From a virus (taxonomy: Duplodnaviria; Heunggongvirae; Uroviricota; Caudoviricetes): a stretch of 17,850 nucleotides of DNA. The DNA is taken from the IMG/VR virus record IMGVR_UViG_2654587568_000021. One strand, 5' to 3'. The notes under the pieces were generated by a model that had not been told where the DNA came from, ran no database searches, and saw nothing but the letters and a program-made list of their open reading frames with translations. Below, in pieces: positions 6,420-15,358 of this stretch. Both the position numbers and the translations under genes were made by a program. Positions within the stretch are counted from its first letter, which is position 1. Each line of letters starts with the position of its first letter.

Positions 6420-9176
6420 ATGCGAAACATTGATCTTATCCGTCAGGTTATCAGTGCGTCTGAAAACAACTGGCCTCATGTGCTGGGCTGCCTGAACATA
6501 AATGTCCCTGACTCTCCGCGCCGTCATGCTCCCTGCCCTGCATGTGGGGGCAAAGATCGATTCCGGTTCGATGACAACGGGCGCGGTAGCTTCATCTGTA
6601 ATCAGTGCGGCGCTGGTGATGGGCTGGATTTAATTAAACGCGTAAATAACTGCGACACAACAGAGGCGGCGCTTCTTGCCGCTGATGTTCTGGGTATTGA
6701 TTACCGGACAACGGAAACACCAGAAGCCACCAGCCAGAAACGGGAACAACTGGAAACCGAGCGCCAGCGACGCGAACAGGAGCGCCTGAAAAGGGCAGAG
6801 AAGGACGAACAACAAAGACGGGATACGTTTTCCCGTCAGTTTGATGACATGCGCAGAAAGGCTGTAAACGGCAAATCTGATTATCTGGTTGCGAAAGGGG
6901 TAGGTGATTTTACATTCCCCGTGTTGCCCGATGGATCTCTGTTGCTGGCGCTGGTGGATAAATCCGGCGCAGTCACAGCAGCACAGACTATTACCTCACA
7001 TGGTGAAAAAAGACTCCTGACAGGTTCAGCAAAGCGAGGGGCATATCACGCCATAAACGCACCAGAAACAACACAGAGCATCTTAATCGCAGAAGGGCTG
7101 GCAACGGCATTATCTGCCCATTTAATTCGTTCAGAAGCGCTGACAGTGGCGGCGATTGATGCCGGGAACCTGTTATATGTCGCCCAGGTACTGCGGGATA
7201 AATTTCCTTCAGCACAAATCATCATTGCTGCGGATAACGACCACAGCGAAGGAAGACAAAACACGGGGAGAATAGCAGCAGAAAAAGCAGCTTTATCTGT
7301 TTCTGGATGGGTGGCATTACCCCCGACAGATCACAAAGCAGACTGGAATGATTACCACCAAAAACACGGCATTAAATGCGCCACAGAAGCGTTCAATAAG
7401 TCAATGTACCAACCACAGGGTAATGGCGTGAAACAGGAGCCACAGACCATTGAGGGAAGCGATTTTAAGGTTATGGATACCGACCCACTGAAACCAAGAA
7501 TAGAAAGCCGCGAGGATGGTATTTATTGGGTATCTCCGAGAGCTGACAGCCAGAGTGGAGAAATCATCAATAACGAAAGCTGGTTATGTTCTCCTTTAAG
7601 CGTTATCGGTACTGGCAGAGACGATAAAGACCAGTATCTCATTCTTCGCTGGCTGTCGTTTGGTTCTGAAACGCCGACAACCGCTGCCATTCCACTGGCT
7701 GATATTGGTGAACGTGAAGGATGGCGCACACTTAAAGCTGGTGGGGTAAATGTCACGACCAAAAGCAGCCTCAGAGCAATACTGGCAGACTGGCTACAAC
7801 GCAGTGGCTCTCGTGAATTGTGGCGTGTTGCTCATGCCACTGGCTGGCAATGCGGAGCGTACATCATGTCTGATGGGGAAATCATCGGAACACCTGAAAA
7901 TCCTGTGCTGTTCAGCGGGAGAAGCTCAGCCGCAGCCGGATATACCGTCTCAGGGAGCGCGAAAAGCTGGCGTGATAACGTGGCGCGTCTGGCCTTTGGT
8001 AACTATTCAATGATGACCGGGATCGGCGCAGCACTGGCAGCGCCATTGATTGGGCTGGTGGGCGCTGACGGGTTCGGTATTCATTTCTATGAGCAGTCGA
8101 GCGCAGGTAAGACCACCACGGCAAACGTGGCGAGCAGCTTATACGGCAACCCTGATTTACTGCGGCTGACGTGGTACGGAACCGCGCTGGGGCTGGCAAA
8201 TGAAGCCGCCGCCCACAATGACGGACTAATGCCGCTTGATGAAGTTGGTCAGGGCGCTGATCCTGTCAGTGTTTCACAGTCTGCCTATGCGTTATTTAAC
8301 GGTGTAGGGAAACTGCAAGGCGCTAAAGATGGTGGAAACCGGGATCTAAAACGCTGGCGTACAGTGGCAATCAGCACCGGAGAAATGGATTTAGAAACAT
8401 TTATCGCTACTTCCGGGCGAAAAACCAAAGCCGGGCAACTGGTGCGACTGCTGAATATTCCGTTGAGTAAAGCAGTACGCTTTCACGATTACCAGAACGG
8501 AAAACAGCACGCAGACGCACTGAAAGACGCTTACCAGCATCACCACGGCGCAGCCGGGCGTGAGTGGATTAAATGGCTGGCAGACCACCAGCAACAGGCT
8601 ATTAAAACTGTTCGTGACTGCGAAAGCAGATGGAGAAGCCTGATCCCATCCGATTATGGTGAGCAGGTTCACCGTGTAGCCGCGCGATTTGCCATTCTGG
8701 AGGCCGCATTGCTGTTAGGCGAGGTTGTAACAGGCTGGGATGCTCAGACATGCCGTGATGCGATACAGCACAGCTATAACGCATGGTTGCGCGAGTTCGG
8801 CACAGGTAACAAAGAGCATCAGCAGATTATTGAACAAACGGAGGCATTTCTTAATGCCTATGGGCTTAGCCGTTTTGCACCATTTCCATACAGCCCGGCA
8901 GATTTGCCCATCAAAGATTTAGCCGGATACCGTCAGCGTGGAGAACATGACGAAAGCCCAATGATTTTCTACACATTCCCGGCCACATTTGAAAAGGAGA
9001 TCGCATGTGGTTTCAACGCAAAACAGTTTGCTGAAGTGTTGAAAAAAGCCGGGATGCTAACCCCACCAAACAGCGGTCGTGGATACCAAAGAAAATCACC
9101 ACGTATTCAGGGACGACAAATAAACGTTTATGTACTCAATTACCAGCCAGGAGATTATAACTCATCCGAAGAATGA
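6420..9176 (+). CDS. P4 alpha-like DNA primase-helicase, 918 aa: N-terminal zinc ribbon, Toprim domain, C-terminal P-loop NTPase
   Basis: CPACGG...CNQCG zinc-binding motif. Toprim signatures IAEG and DNDH. Walker A SSAGKTTT and Walker B-like LMPLDEVGQG. Confidence 0.9.
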   Translation: MRNIDLIRQVISASENNWPHVLGCLNINVPDSPRRHAPCPACGGKDRFRFDDNGRGSFICNQCGAGDGLDLIKRVNNCDTTEAALLAADVLGIDYRTTETPEATSQKREQLETERQRREQERLKRAEKDEQQRRDTFSRQFDDMRRKAVNGKSDYLVAKGVGDFTFPVLPDGSLLLALVDKSGAVTAAQTITSHGEKRLLTGSAKRGAYHAINAPETTQSILIAEGLATALSAHLIRSEALTVAAIDAGNLLYVAQVLRDKFPSAQIIIAADNDHSEGRQNTGRIAAEKAALSVSGWVALPPTDHKADWNDYHQKHGIKCATEAFNKSMYQPQGNGVKQEPQTIEGSDFKVMDTDPLKPRIESREDGIYWVSPRADSQSGEIINNESWLCSPLSVIGTGRDDKDQYLILRWLSFGSETPTTAAIPLADIGEREGWRTLKAGGVNVTTKSSLRAILADWLQRSGSRELWRVAHATGWQCGAYIMSDGEIIGTPENPVLFSGRSSAAAGYTVSGSAKSWRDNVARLAFGNYSMMTGIGAALAAPLIGLVGADGFGIHFYEQSSAGKTTTANVASSLYGNPDLLRLTWYGTALGLANEAAAHNDGLMPLDEVGQGADPVSVSQSAYALFNGVGKLQGAKDGGNRDLKRWRTVAISTGEMDLETFIATSGRKTKAGQLVRLLNIPLSKAVRFHDYQNGKQHADALKDAYQHHHGAAGREWIKWLADHQQQAIKTVRDCESRWRSLIPSDYGEQVHRVAARFAILEAALLLGEVVTGWDAQTCRDAIQHSYNAWLREFGTGNKEHQQIIEQTEAFLNAYGLSRFAPFPYSPADLPIKDLAGYRQRGEHDESPMIFYTFPATFEKEIACGFNAKQFAEVLKKAGMLTPPNSGRGYQRKSPRIQGRQINVYVLNYQPGDYNSSEE

Positions 9177-9201
9177 GCTTCTTCATGTGCGTAGAAAAGG
9201 T

Positions 9202-9313
9202 GTTGGTTCAGTTGGTTCAGTTGGTTAAATTTGTAAAGAGTGTTGTTTTATAAGGATTTTATTCTTTTTATTGAACCAACACCGAACCAACAACACGGTA
9301 TTTTGAACCAACA
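9202..9313. repeat. Iteron cluster, candidate replication origin: three tandem GTTGGTTCA repeats, an AT-rich spacer, then three inverted TGAACCAAC copies
   Basis: Direct copies at 9202-9210, 9211-9219 and 9220-9228 (third degenerate). Inverted copies at 9272-9280, 9283-9291 and 9305-9313. Begins 26 bp after the primase stop. Confidence 0.6.
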
Positions 9314-9633
9314 CAATGTGACTGAATTGATGCGCACAACACCTGGCTGGCATCAGAGAGTGTTTTACGAGACTTTCGTAAAATCCTGTGTACAAGGGCG
9401 TGACGTTTTTGAAAGTGAGCACTACGAAATTTTCGTAGTTCAGAAAACAGCCCCTGAGAAGTTGTTATGCCTGTTCAGCAAACCATCCGCATAGCTGATC
9501 GCGAATCAAATTACCAATGGAGCCAGAAGCAAGGGCAGAACTGAAAAGCGCCTGCCGTGAAGAGTAATGCGACACCATAAATATAGTTTTTAGAGTCCAT
9601 AAAAAACCTGTCAAAACCTGACACACAGAACGA

Positions 9634-9665
9634 TGCTACCAGCTACTGAGCGGTGGCATTTTTTT
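9634..9665 (+). terminator. Candidate rho-independent terminator closing the int-primase gene block
   Basis: UGCUACC / GGUGGCA stem with one G-U wobble and an 11-nt loop, followed by T7 at 9659-9665. Confidence 0.35.
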
Positions 9666-9721
9666 GTGCTATTTGTTTCATATTTTGCAATCACAATGAT
9701 GAATGTTGCGTTTTATGAAAC

Positions 9722-9745
9722 TATAATGACTGTTGTTTTATACAG
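9722..9745 (+). promoter_or_regulatory. Perfect -10 hexamer TATAAT (9722-9727) immediately followed by a LexA-box-like motif CTGT-N8-ACAG (9730-9745); candidate SOS-regulated promoter of the cargo operon
   Basis: Sequence gaCTGTtgttttatACAGtt compared with the LexA consensus TACTGTATATATATACAGTA. AT-rich N8 spacer. The box sits between the -10 and the RBS at 9751. The -35 is weak. Confidence 0.45.
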
Positions 9746-9760
9746 TTCTAAGGGGGCGTT

Positions 9761-9934
9761 ATGGCTATTTCAGTAAAGCCAGTATTGATAAGTGAGAAGC
9801 AAATGGAAGCGATAAAGAAAATTCAGGAGGAGCAGCGTAAAAAATCAGAGGTAGGAGTTGCGCCAACGATCCACGAAATTGCTCGGGGATTAATGGATAA
9901 GGCGCTGGCTTACACTTTAACTGGACGTGGGTAA
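9761..9934 (+). CDS. Small hypothetical protein, 57 aa, first gene of the cargo operon (below the 60-aa ORF-track cutoff)
   Basis: RBS AGGGGG at 9751-9756, ATG at 9761, TAA at 9932-9934; translated by hand as MAISVKPVLISEKQMEAIKKIQEEQRKKSEVGVAPTIHEIARGLMDKALAYTLTGRG. Confidence 0.5.
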   Translation: MAISVKPVLISEKQMEAIKKIQEEQRKKSEVGVAPTIHEIARGLMDKALAYTLTGRG

Positions 9935-9938
9935 ATCA

Positions 9939-11405
9939 ATGGCTACGTGGCAACAGGGTATTAATTCTGGTGGTTTTCTGGCTGGCATTGGTGCGCAAAA
10001 CGAGAATGCGCCAAAGGCAAGCGACATTAACGCAACGCTTGGTCTGATCCGCGAAAACAATGAACTGGCTCGCTCAGGTGCAAATAACGTTGCTCTGACA
10101 GGTCTTCGTGGTCTGGCTGGCGTTGCTGATATTTATAAGCAGCAGCAACAGCAGGAGCGTAAAGCGGCATTCCAGAAAGGTTATGCAGATGCTTATGCGT
10201 CCGGTGACAGGGAGCAGATGCGTAATCTTATTACAGCATTCCCAGAAGAGTTTGAGGAAGTCCGTAAAGGGATGAGTTATGTCGATGATGCTCAAAGGGA
10301 TGATTATGGCAATCTGGCGCTCAAAGCACAGGTAGCCTCATCGCTTGGTCAGGGCGCATTTGGCAGGTTCATGATGGATAATGAGCAGGAGATGCGTCGT
10401 TTAGGTATCCCTCCAGAAACTATTGCTGAAATGCAGGTTAATGACCCGCAGGGCTTCCAGCATTTCGCAGGTAATCTGGCGCTGTTTTCTCTCGGTCATG
10501 AGAAGTATTTCGATATCAAAGATCAAATGGAAGGTCGGGATATTGAGCGTGGCAAGTTGGCAGAGACAATCCGCAGCAATCAGGCTGGCGAAGCACTTCA
10601 GGCGAGAGGGCAGGATATTAGCCGAGCAAATGCGTTAACGTCAGCATATGCACCAACAGCAGCAATGCAGAATTACAATCAGTACGCGCAAATGTTAAAG
10701 GCGGATCCAGAGGGGGCGGCGGCATTTGCGGCAGCGGCTGGAATTAATACAAACGCCAAAAAATTAATGAGTGTTAGAGAAAACGATGATGGCACTGTCA
10801 CAAAATACTACACAGACGGAAGTGAAGAGCAGGGAAAACTAAACCAGCCAATATCTGGAGATGGGTTTCGTCCAATAGCTTTGCCAACAGCCCAAAAGAT
10901 CATGGAAAAGTCGCCAGAAGGGGCTAAAAAAGCTGCTGGATTTGCATACAGGGTTAGGGATGCTCTTGATTCAATAGATACACTGAAAGACCAGCTTAGC
11001 CCACAGCGAGTGGCGATCATTAATAATGCTTTGGGTAATGGGACGCTGGCTAACTTAACGCTCAGCCCAGCAGAGCAGCAATACGTTGTTAATGCTAATG
11101 ACGCAATAATGGCAATACTCCGTCAGGAAACAGGGGCATCTATCCTACCAGCTGAAATGTCCAAATATTATCAAATGTATTTCCCTCAGCCTGGTGATTC
11201 CACAAAAACCATTGATACCAAGCGCCGGAAGATGGAAAACCAGTTCAATTCGCTGAAAGCTGCTTCTGGTCGAACTTATGATGCTTTGCGGGTTATTTCA
11301 GCAGTTGACAGAGGAACTGCTTCTTCGTCGCAGACATTGCCGCAATCTGAGCAGGTATCACAGCCAGCAGCCAGCAGTAACTTTTCTTCACTATGGGGTG
11401 ATTAA
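9939..11405 (+). CDS. Large hypothetical protein, about 488 aa, Ala/Gln/Gly-rich; no family recognised. An alternative GTG start at 9927 gives the 492-aa ORF-track version
   Basis: Long intact ORF with an ATG 4 nt after the upstream stop. Stop overlaps the next start (TAATG). Confidence 0.8.
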   Translation: MATWQQGINSGGFLAGIGAQNENAPKASDINATLGLIRENNELARSGANNVALTGLRGLAGVADIYKQQQQQERKAAFQKGYADAYASGDREQMRNLITAFPEEFEEVRKGMSYVDDAQRDDYGNLALKAQVASSLGQGAFGRFMMDNEQEMRRLGIPPETIAEMQVNDPQGFQHFAGNLALFSLGHEKYFDIKDQMEGRDIERGKLAETIRSNQAGEALQARGQDISRANALTSAYAPTAAMQNYNQYAQMLKADPEGAAAFAAAAGINTNAKKLMSVRENDDGTVTKYYTDGSEEQGKLNQPISGDGFRPIALPTAQKIMEKSPEGAKKAAGFAYRVRDALDSIDTLKDQLSPQRVAIINNALGNGTLANLTLSPAEQQYVVNANDAIMAILRQETGASILPAEMSKYYQMYFPQPGDSTKTIDTKRRKMENQFNSLKAASGRTYDALRVISAVDRGTASSSQTLPQSEQVSQPAASSNFSSLWGD

Positions 11406-13510
11406 TGGCTAAAGCATGGAAAGATGTTATCGCCTCTCCACAGTATCAGGCGTTAGCACCAGAACAAAAAGCGCAGGCTCAGGAGCAATACTTCAATGAA
11501 GTCGTGGCCCCGCAAGCCGGAGAAAGTGTAGAGCAGGCTAAGCAGGCTTTTTATGCTGCCTATCCACTACCATCAACGAATGAAATAGACCGATCCCAAT
11601 CAGCAACTCAAAATATTCAACATACATCATCTGATAATTCTCTTGCGTCAGGGTATGCAAAGTTAGCTACTCAGCAAAGAGAGGGGCTTGAGCGTTCAGC
11701 AGAACAGGGAGCCAGTCTTGGGGCTGCGATGCGCGATGCTATAACAGGCGAAAGCCGAATGACTCCAGAGATGGAGAGACTGCAAAATGTCGCCTCTGCC
11801 CCAGAATTGAACTCACTAAGCATGGATGCCCTAAAGGCTGGATGGTCTCAACTTTTCGGCTCTGACGCGTCTCAGGAAAAGATTCTTCAGGGAATGGGGG
11901 CGACATTAAGGCAGGATGAGAAGGGGAATACTATCGTTTCTCTGCCATCAGGTGATTATGCCCTGAACAAGCCGGGTTTATCACCGCAAGACCTGACCTC
12001 GTTTCTTGCTAATGCGTTGGCGTTTACACCAGCGGGCAGGGCTGGAACGGTGCTTGGTGCCATAGGAAAATCAGCAGCTACAGATTTAGCACTACAGGGA
12101 GCCACCAGCCTTGCTGGTGGAGAAGATATTGATCCGTTACAAACGGTAATTTCTGCTGGCATTGGTGGTATTGGTAAGGGGCTGGAAAATACAGCGAGTG
12201 CGGTTTCGAGGGCTGTTCGTGGTGATATGTCGCCTGAAGCAAAGGCTGCTGTCGACTTTGCATCGGAAAGAAATCTGCCGTTAATGACCAGTGACATGCT
12301 GAAAGATAAAACCTTTATGCAGAGTCAGGCTCAGACATTAGGCGAAAGAGTTCCTTTTTTTGGAACCGGTAAGAATCGGCTGAATCAACAACAAGCACGA
12401 GAAAATTTAGTCAGAACATTTAGCGATGGTCTGGGTGGCATTTCTGATAAACAGCTTTATGAATCTGCGACTAAAGGGCAACAAAAATTCATTGAGGCAG
12501 CAGGAAAGCGATATAACCGCATAATTGACGCTATGGGGGATACCCCTGTCGATCTCTCAAACACGGTAAAAGCTATCGACAATCAGATTGCCGTGTTAAG
12601 CCGCCCGGGCAAATCTCAGGATAGAGCCGCGGTAAAAGTCTTGCAGCAATTTAAAGACGATATCACCAGCGGACCAAATGACCTGCGTCTGGCGAGGGAA
12701 AACAGAACCGATCTTCGAAAGCGATTTATGGCGTCATCTGACACTGTTGATAAAGATACGCTCCAGAAAGCCAGCGATATTATCTACAAGGCATATACGG
12801 CGGATATGAAAAAAGCCGTAGCCAAAAATCTTGGAGCAGACGAAGCCATTAATATGGCAAGGGTTGATCGCTCATGGTCTAAATTCAATGACATGATGGG
12901 AAGAACGCGCGTTCAAAAGGCAATAGCCAGCGGCAAGGCCACGCCTGAGGATGTAACAAAACTCGTTTTTAGCCAAAGCCCATCAGAACGTTCTCAGCTT
13001 TACAGGCTTCTGGATGACAATGGTAGGCAAAACGCACGAGCAGCCATAGTTCAGAATGCTGTAGATAAGGCGACTGATCCGTCTGGAAATATCAGTGTTG
13101 AGAAGTTTATTAATGCGTTACACCGGAACAGGAAGCAATCAGCAACTTTCTTTAAAGGCGTACATGGAAAGGAACTGGACGGCGTTATTAAATACCTCAA
13201 CGATACAAGACACGCGGCAAAAGCGAACGTTCAAAACTTAAATGGTCAGCAGCTTTATGGATTGTTAGTTGGTGGTGGCATCATAAACGCAGCAGTATTA
13301 GCGGGGATGCTAAAAACGGCTGCGTTTGTTGTTCCTGCTGCTGGTGCCGTAGGCGGAGCAGCGAAGGCATACGAAAGCCCTGTTATACGAAATGCCTTGT
13401 TACGTCTGGCAAATACGCCAAAAGGTAGCACAGCATATGACAGAGCGATCAGTACGGTCACACAATCGCTCACCAGAGTCGCACAGGCATCACAAAAAGA
13501 AGCTCAATAA
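11405..13510 (+). CDS. Large hypothetical protein, 701 aa, with a C-terminal Gly/Ala-rich hydrophobic segment (LYGLLVGGGIINAAVLAGMLKTAAFVVPAAGAVGGAA); function unknown
   Basis: Long intact ORF coupled to the upstream gene and followed by a terminator hairpin. No enzymatic motif recognised. Confidence 0.85.
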   Translation: MAKAWKDVIASPQYQALAPEQKAQAQEQYFNEVVAPQAGESVEQAKQAFYAAYPLPSTNEIDRSQSATQNIQHTSSDNSLASGYAKLATQQREGLERSAEQGASLGAAMRDAITGESRMTPEMERLQNVASAPELNSLSMDALKAGWSQLFGSDASQEKILQGMGATLRQDEKGNTIVSLPSGDYALNKPGLSPQDLTSFLANALAFTPAGRAGTVLGAIGKSAATDLALQGATSLAGGEDIDPLQTVISAGIGGIGKGLENTASAVSRAVRGDMSPEAKAAVDFASERNLPLMTSDMLKDKTFMQSQAQTLGERVPFFGTGKNRLNQQQARENLVRTFSDGLGGISDKQLYESATKGQQKFIEAAGKRYNRIIDAMGDTPVDLSNTVKAIDNQIAVLSRPGKSQDRAAVKVLQQFKDDITSGPNDLRLARENRTDLRKRFMASSDTVDKDTLQKASDIIYKAYTADMKKAVAKNLGADEAINMARVDRSWSKFNDMMGRTRVQKAIASGKATPEDVTKLVFSQSPSERSQLYRLLDDNGRQNARAAIVQNAVDKATDPSGNISVEKFINALHRNRKQSATFFKGVHGKELDGVIKYLNDTRHAAKANVQNLNGQQLYGLLVGGGIINAAVLAGMLKTAAFVVPAAGAVGGAAKAYESPVIRNALLRLANTPKGSTAYDRAISTVTQSLTRVAQASQKEAQ

Positions 13511-13514
13511 CTGG

Positions 13515-13537
13515 TTAGCCATGGATGGCTAATTTTT
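13515..13537 (+). terminator. Rho-independent terminator of the cargo operon
   Basis: Stem TTAGCCA / TGGCTAA with loop TGGA, then TTTTT. The stop codon of the convergent - strand gene (13529-13531) lies inside the 3' arm. Confidence 0.5.
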
Positions 13538-13948
13538 GTTCTTTGCTCTCATCCATAGGTAAAGAAGGGAAAGAACAAGGCAAAAAACAGAGAATAGATA
13601 ACCTACCTCATATGGTGCGCCAAAAAAATTAGCTATTGATACGGGCAAAAAAGCTGAGGCGATCAAAATTGAAAGGCAAAAAATAAGCCCAGTAATATAG
13701 TTTATTAAATTCTTAAATGAGAAACGTTTTGCTTGATTTACGGTCTTAACGAACGATCGCTTAACGACGGATAAAAGCAAATAGATGGCGACAGTTGCTA
13801 ATGCCCCTTTCCACCAGTCTGGATATAGTTTTGCGACAATCAGACCAAGGAAAACCATGATGACAGCCTGAGCATTCACACCAACCCTCCCTTTAGCTTT
13901 GTTTAGAATGGCAATCATCATATATCCAAGACATGGCATTTGGTACAT
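13529..13948 (-). CDS. Small integral membrane protein, 139 aa, about 4 predicted TM helices, AT-rich, convergent with the 701-aa gene
   Basis: Four hydrophobic stretches of 15-25 residues read by eye. One 60-nt sample (13621-13680) is about 37% GC, below the roughly 50% flank. No clear SD, so the start codon is uncertain. Confidence 0.6.
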   Translation of the reverse strand: MYQMPCLGYMMIAILNKAKGRVGVNAQAVIMVFLGLIVAKLYPDWWKGALATVAIYLLLSVVKRSFVKTVNQAKRFSFKNLINYITGLIFCLSILIASAFLPVSIANFFGAPYEVGYLFSVFCLVLSLLYLWMRAKNKN

Positions 13949-13994
13949 AGCTTGGGTCGGGATTTCAAATCCGATCCCCGTTGATGGGGCCGTT

Positions 13995-14376
13995 ACAGTA
14001 CGCGCATATCCGCTTTATGTGAAACAGGAAGATTTTTCTGATATCACTGCCACAGCAAAACACCAATTTCGTGACCAGTACGCGCGCGAGGGGTATCAGT
14101 TGCAAAATTTTTTGCAACTGCGTCCGACCAGTACGCACACGATGGCGGGGGATACCATGAAACTGTTCTCTACACGAGACAGAGTGGTGGTGATGTGTTG
14201 ATTATCGGCGTATATGCGCACAGGACGCGCTATGACGATGTTTTATGCGGGTACACCAATCACATGTATCTGATGTGATAAATCGCGTTACATGACCTCT
14301 CTGTTGTGCTGGTGGTTATCACGACGTTCTGAATCTGGCCTTTGCCTGGTATTTTGCGACAAGTACGCGCGCGTAG
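13995..14376. repeat. Four direct copies of a (G)ACCAGTACGCRCRCG-like motif plus an 11-bp inverted repeat with 2-bp spacer (14097-14120) in a non-coding region
   Basis: Copies at 13995-14006, 14073-14090, 14126-14140 and 14358-14376. Palindrome CAGTTGCAAAA-tt-TTTTGCAACTG. Confidence 0.4.
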
Positions 14377-14921
14377 CATCGAAATAATCGGATGGCGTAT
14401 GCTGCTGGTAATATGAAGACCGATAGCATTAACCGTAAGGAGAAAGACTTCTCGATAACGGCAAGATCGCGGCAAGGGGGCTGAATTGCGAGGCGAGATT
14501 AAGCAACTGTCTTGAACGTAAAAATCATGGAGCAACATGATGGTACGATTCATTCCATTCTTCGTTCTTTCTGAGTATTGCGTTCAGGCTTAGTCAAAAT
14601 TAGTGTTGCGAGCGGACCTATTAGTAATTGTTAGTGCGATGCGCCTGTTATGGATTGTTATGGTTGTGGCAGGCCTGATTAATATCCAGTATGACCACCA
14701 GCTATGAGAGGCCACCTCAGTGGTTCGCAGTTGCAGGTTTGCACTCAGGTTCGCAGGGTTTTGGCTACTTTCACGTGCGAACCTGCAGAATTGCAAAGGA
14801 CAACTAAGTCCTCTGGCCAACTCCCGGTTTATGAGCGACACAGTCCGCCTGGCGCATCGTTTTCGTCGAGTGCGCCCATCAGCTTGTCCATGGACTATCC
14901 ACCACTCGATATTAAAGCTAA

Positions 14922-15107
14922 TCATTGGTTGCCAGCCCGCGAATCAAGTTTGTTCTGGATCCAAGCTTCAACCTCCTCAAGCGACCATCTAGCTGATCTA
15001 CCAATTTTAACTGGCTGTGGAAACGTGCCCGTCTTAACCCATGAGTAGATTGCCGTTTTCTTGAAGCCCGTTCTGAGCATAACTTCGCTTAATTTGATAA
15101 GGCGCAT
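14922..15107 (-). CDS. alpA: Second AlpA-family regulator, 61 aa, on the - strand
   Basis: MRLIKLSEVMLRTGFKKTAIYSWVKTGTFPQPVKIGRSARWSLEEVEAWI is a typical AlpA HTH as I recall it. AGGAG RBS on the - strand upstream of the ATG. Confidence 0.85.
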   Translation of the reverse strand: MRLIKLSEVMLRTGFKKTAIYSWVKTGTFPQPVKIGRSARWSLEEVEAWIQNKLDSRAGNQ

Positions 15108-15155
15108 AGAGGCTCCTCTGCTTTAGATTAAGCATAGTGACAATCTGGCTTTGGC

Positions 15156-15190
15156 GGTATCCAAAAGCGAGGTATCCATGTTGGTATCCA
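15156..15190. promoter_or_regulatory. Three direct GGTATCCA repeats in the divergent intergenic region between alpA(-) and the 63-aa gene(+)
   Basis: Copies at 15156-15163, 15171-15178 and 15183-15190. A perfect TATAAT at 15328-15333 precedes the + strand small gene. Confidence 0.3.
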
Positions 15191-15358
15191 CCAAAACGCT
15201 GTTTACCAAAAAAGTTACCACCGGAACAGGACATTTTGAGCTGTAACTTAACACATAGCATATGGAGTTCACGCATAGACTTCACGCACAACGGCTCCGG
15301 CCAGTGAAGAATCACCCTGGCTGGCAATATAATGCCGATCACCATCAGAGGGGGATCC

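Noticed and set aside
9240-9494. 84-aa + strand ORF after the primase
   Set aside because: Its start lies within the iteron cluster and AT-rich spacer, and no RBS is evident. More likely origin DNA than a gene, though a short gene before the 9634 terminator cannot be excluded.
13961-13990. tRNA T-loop-like sequence (GGGATTTCAAATCC) as a possible tRNA fragment or att core
   Set aside because: It cannot be folded into a T-arm plus acceptor stem. It is a DNA palindrome (GGATTT-c-AAATCC) rather than a tRNA 3' end. The true att repeat cannot be identified without the flanking tRNA.
14590-15048. Overlapping ORFs 14590..14925 (-), 14704..15048 (+) and 14720..14992 (+)
   Set aside because: Mutually overlapping in different frames, no RBS, non-protein-like composition. 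Treated as non-coding or decayed sequence.
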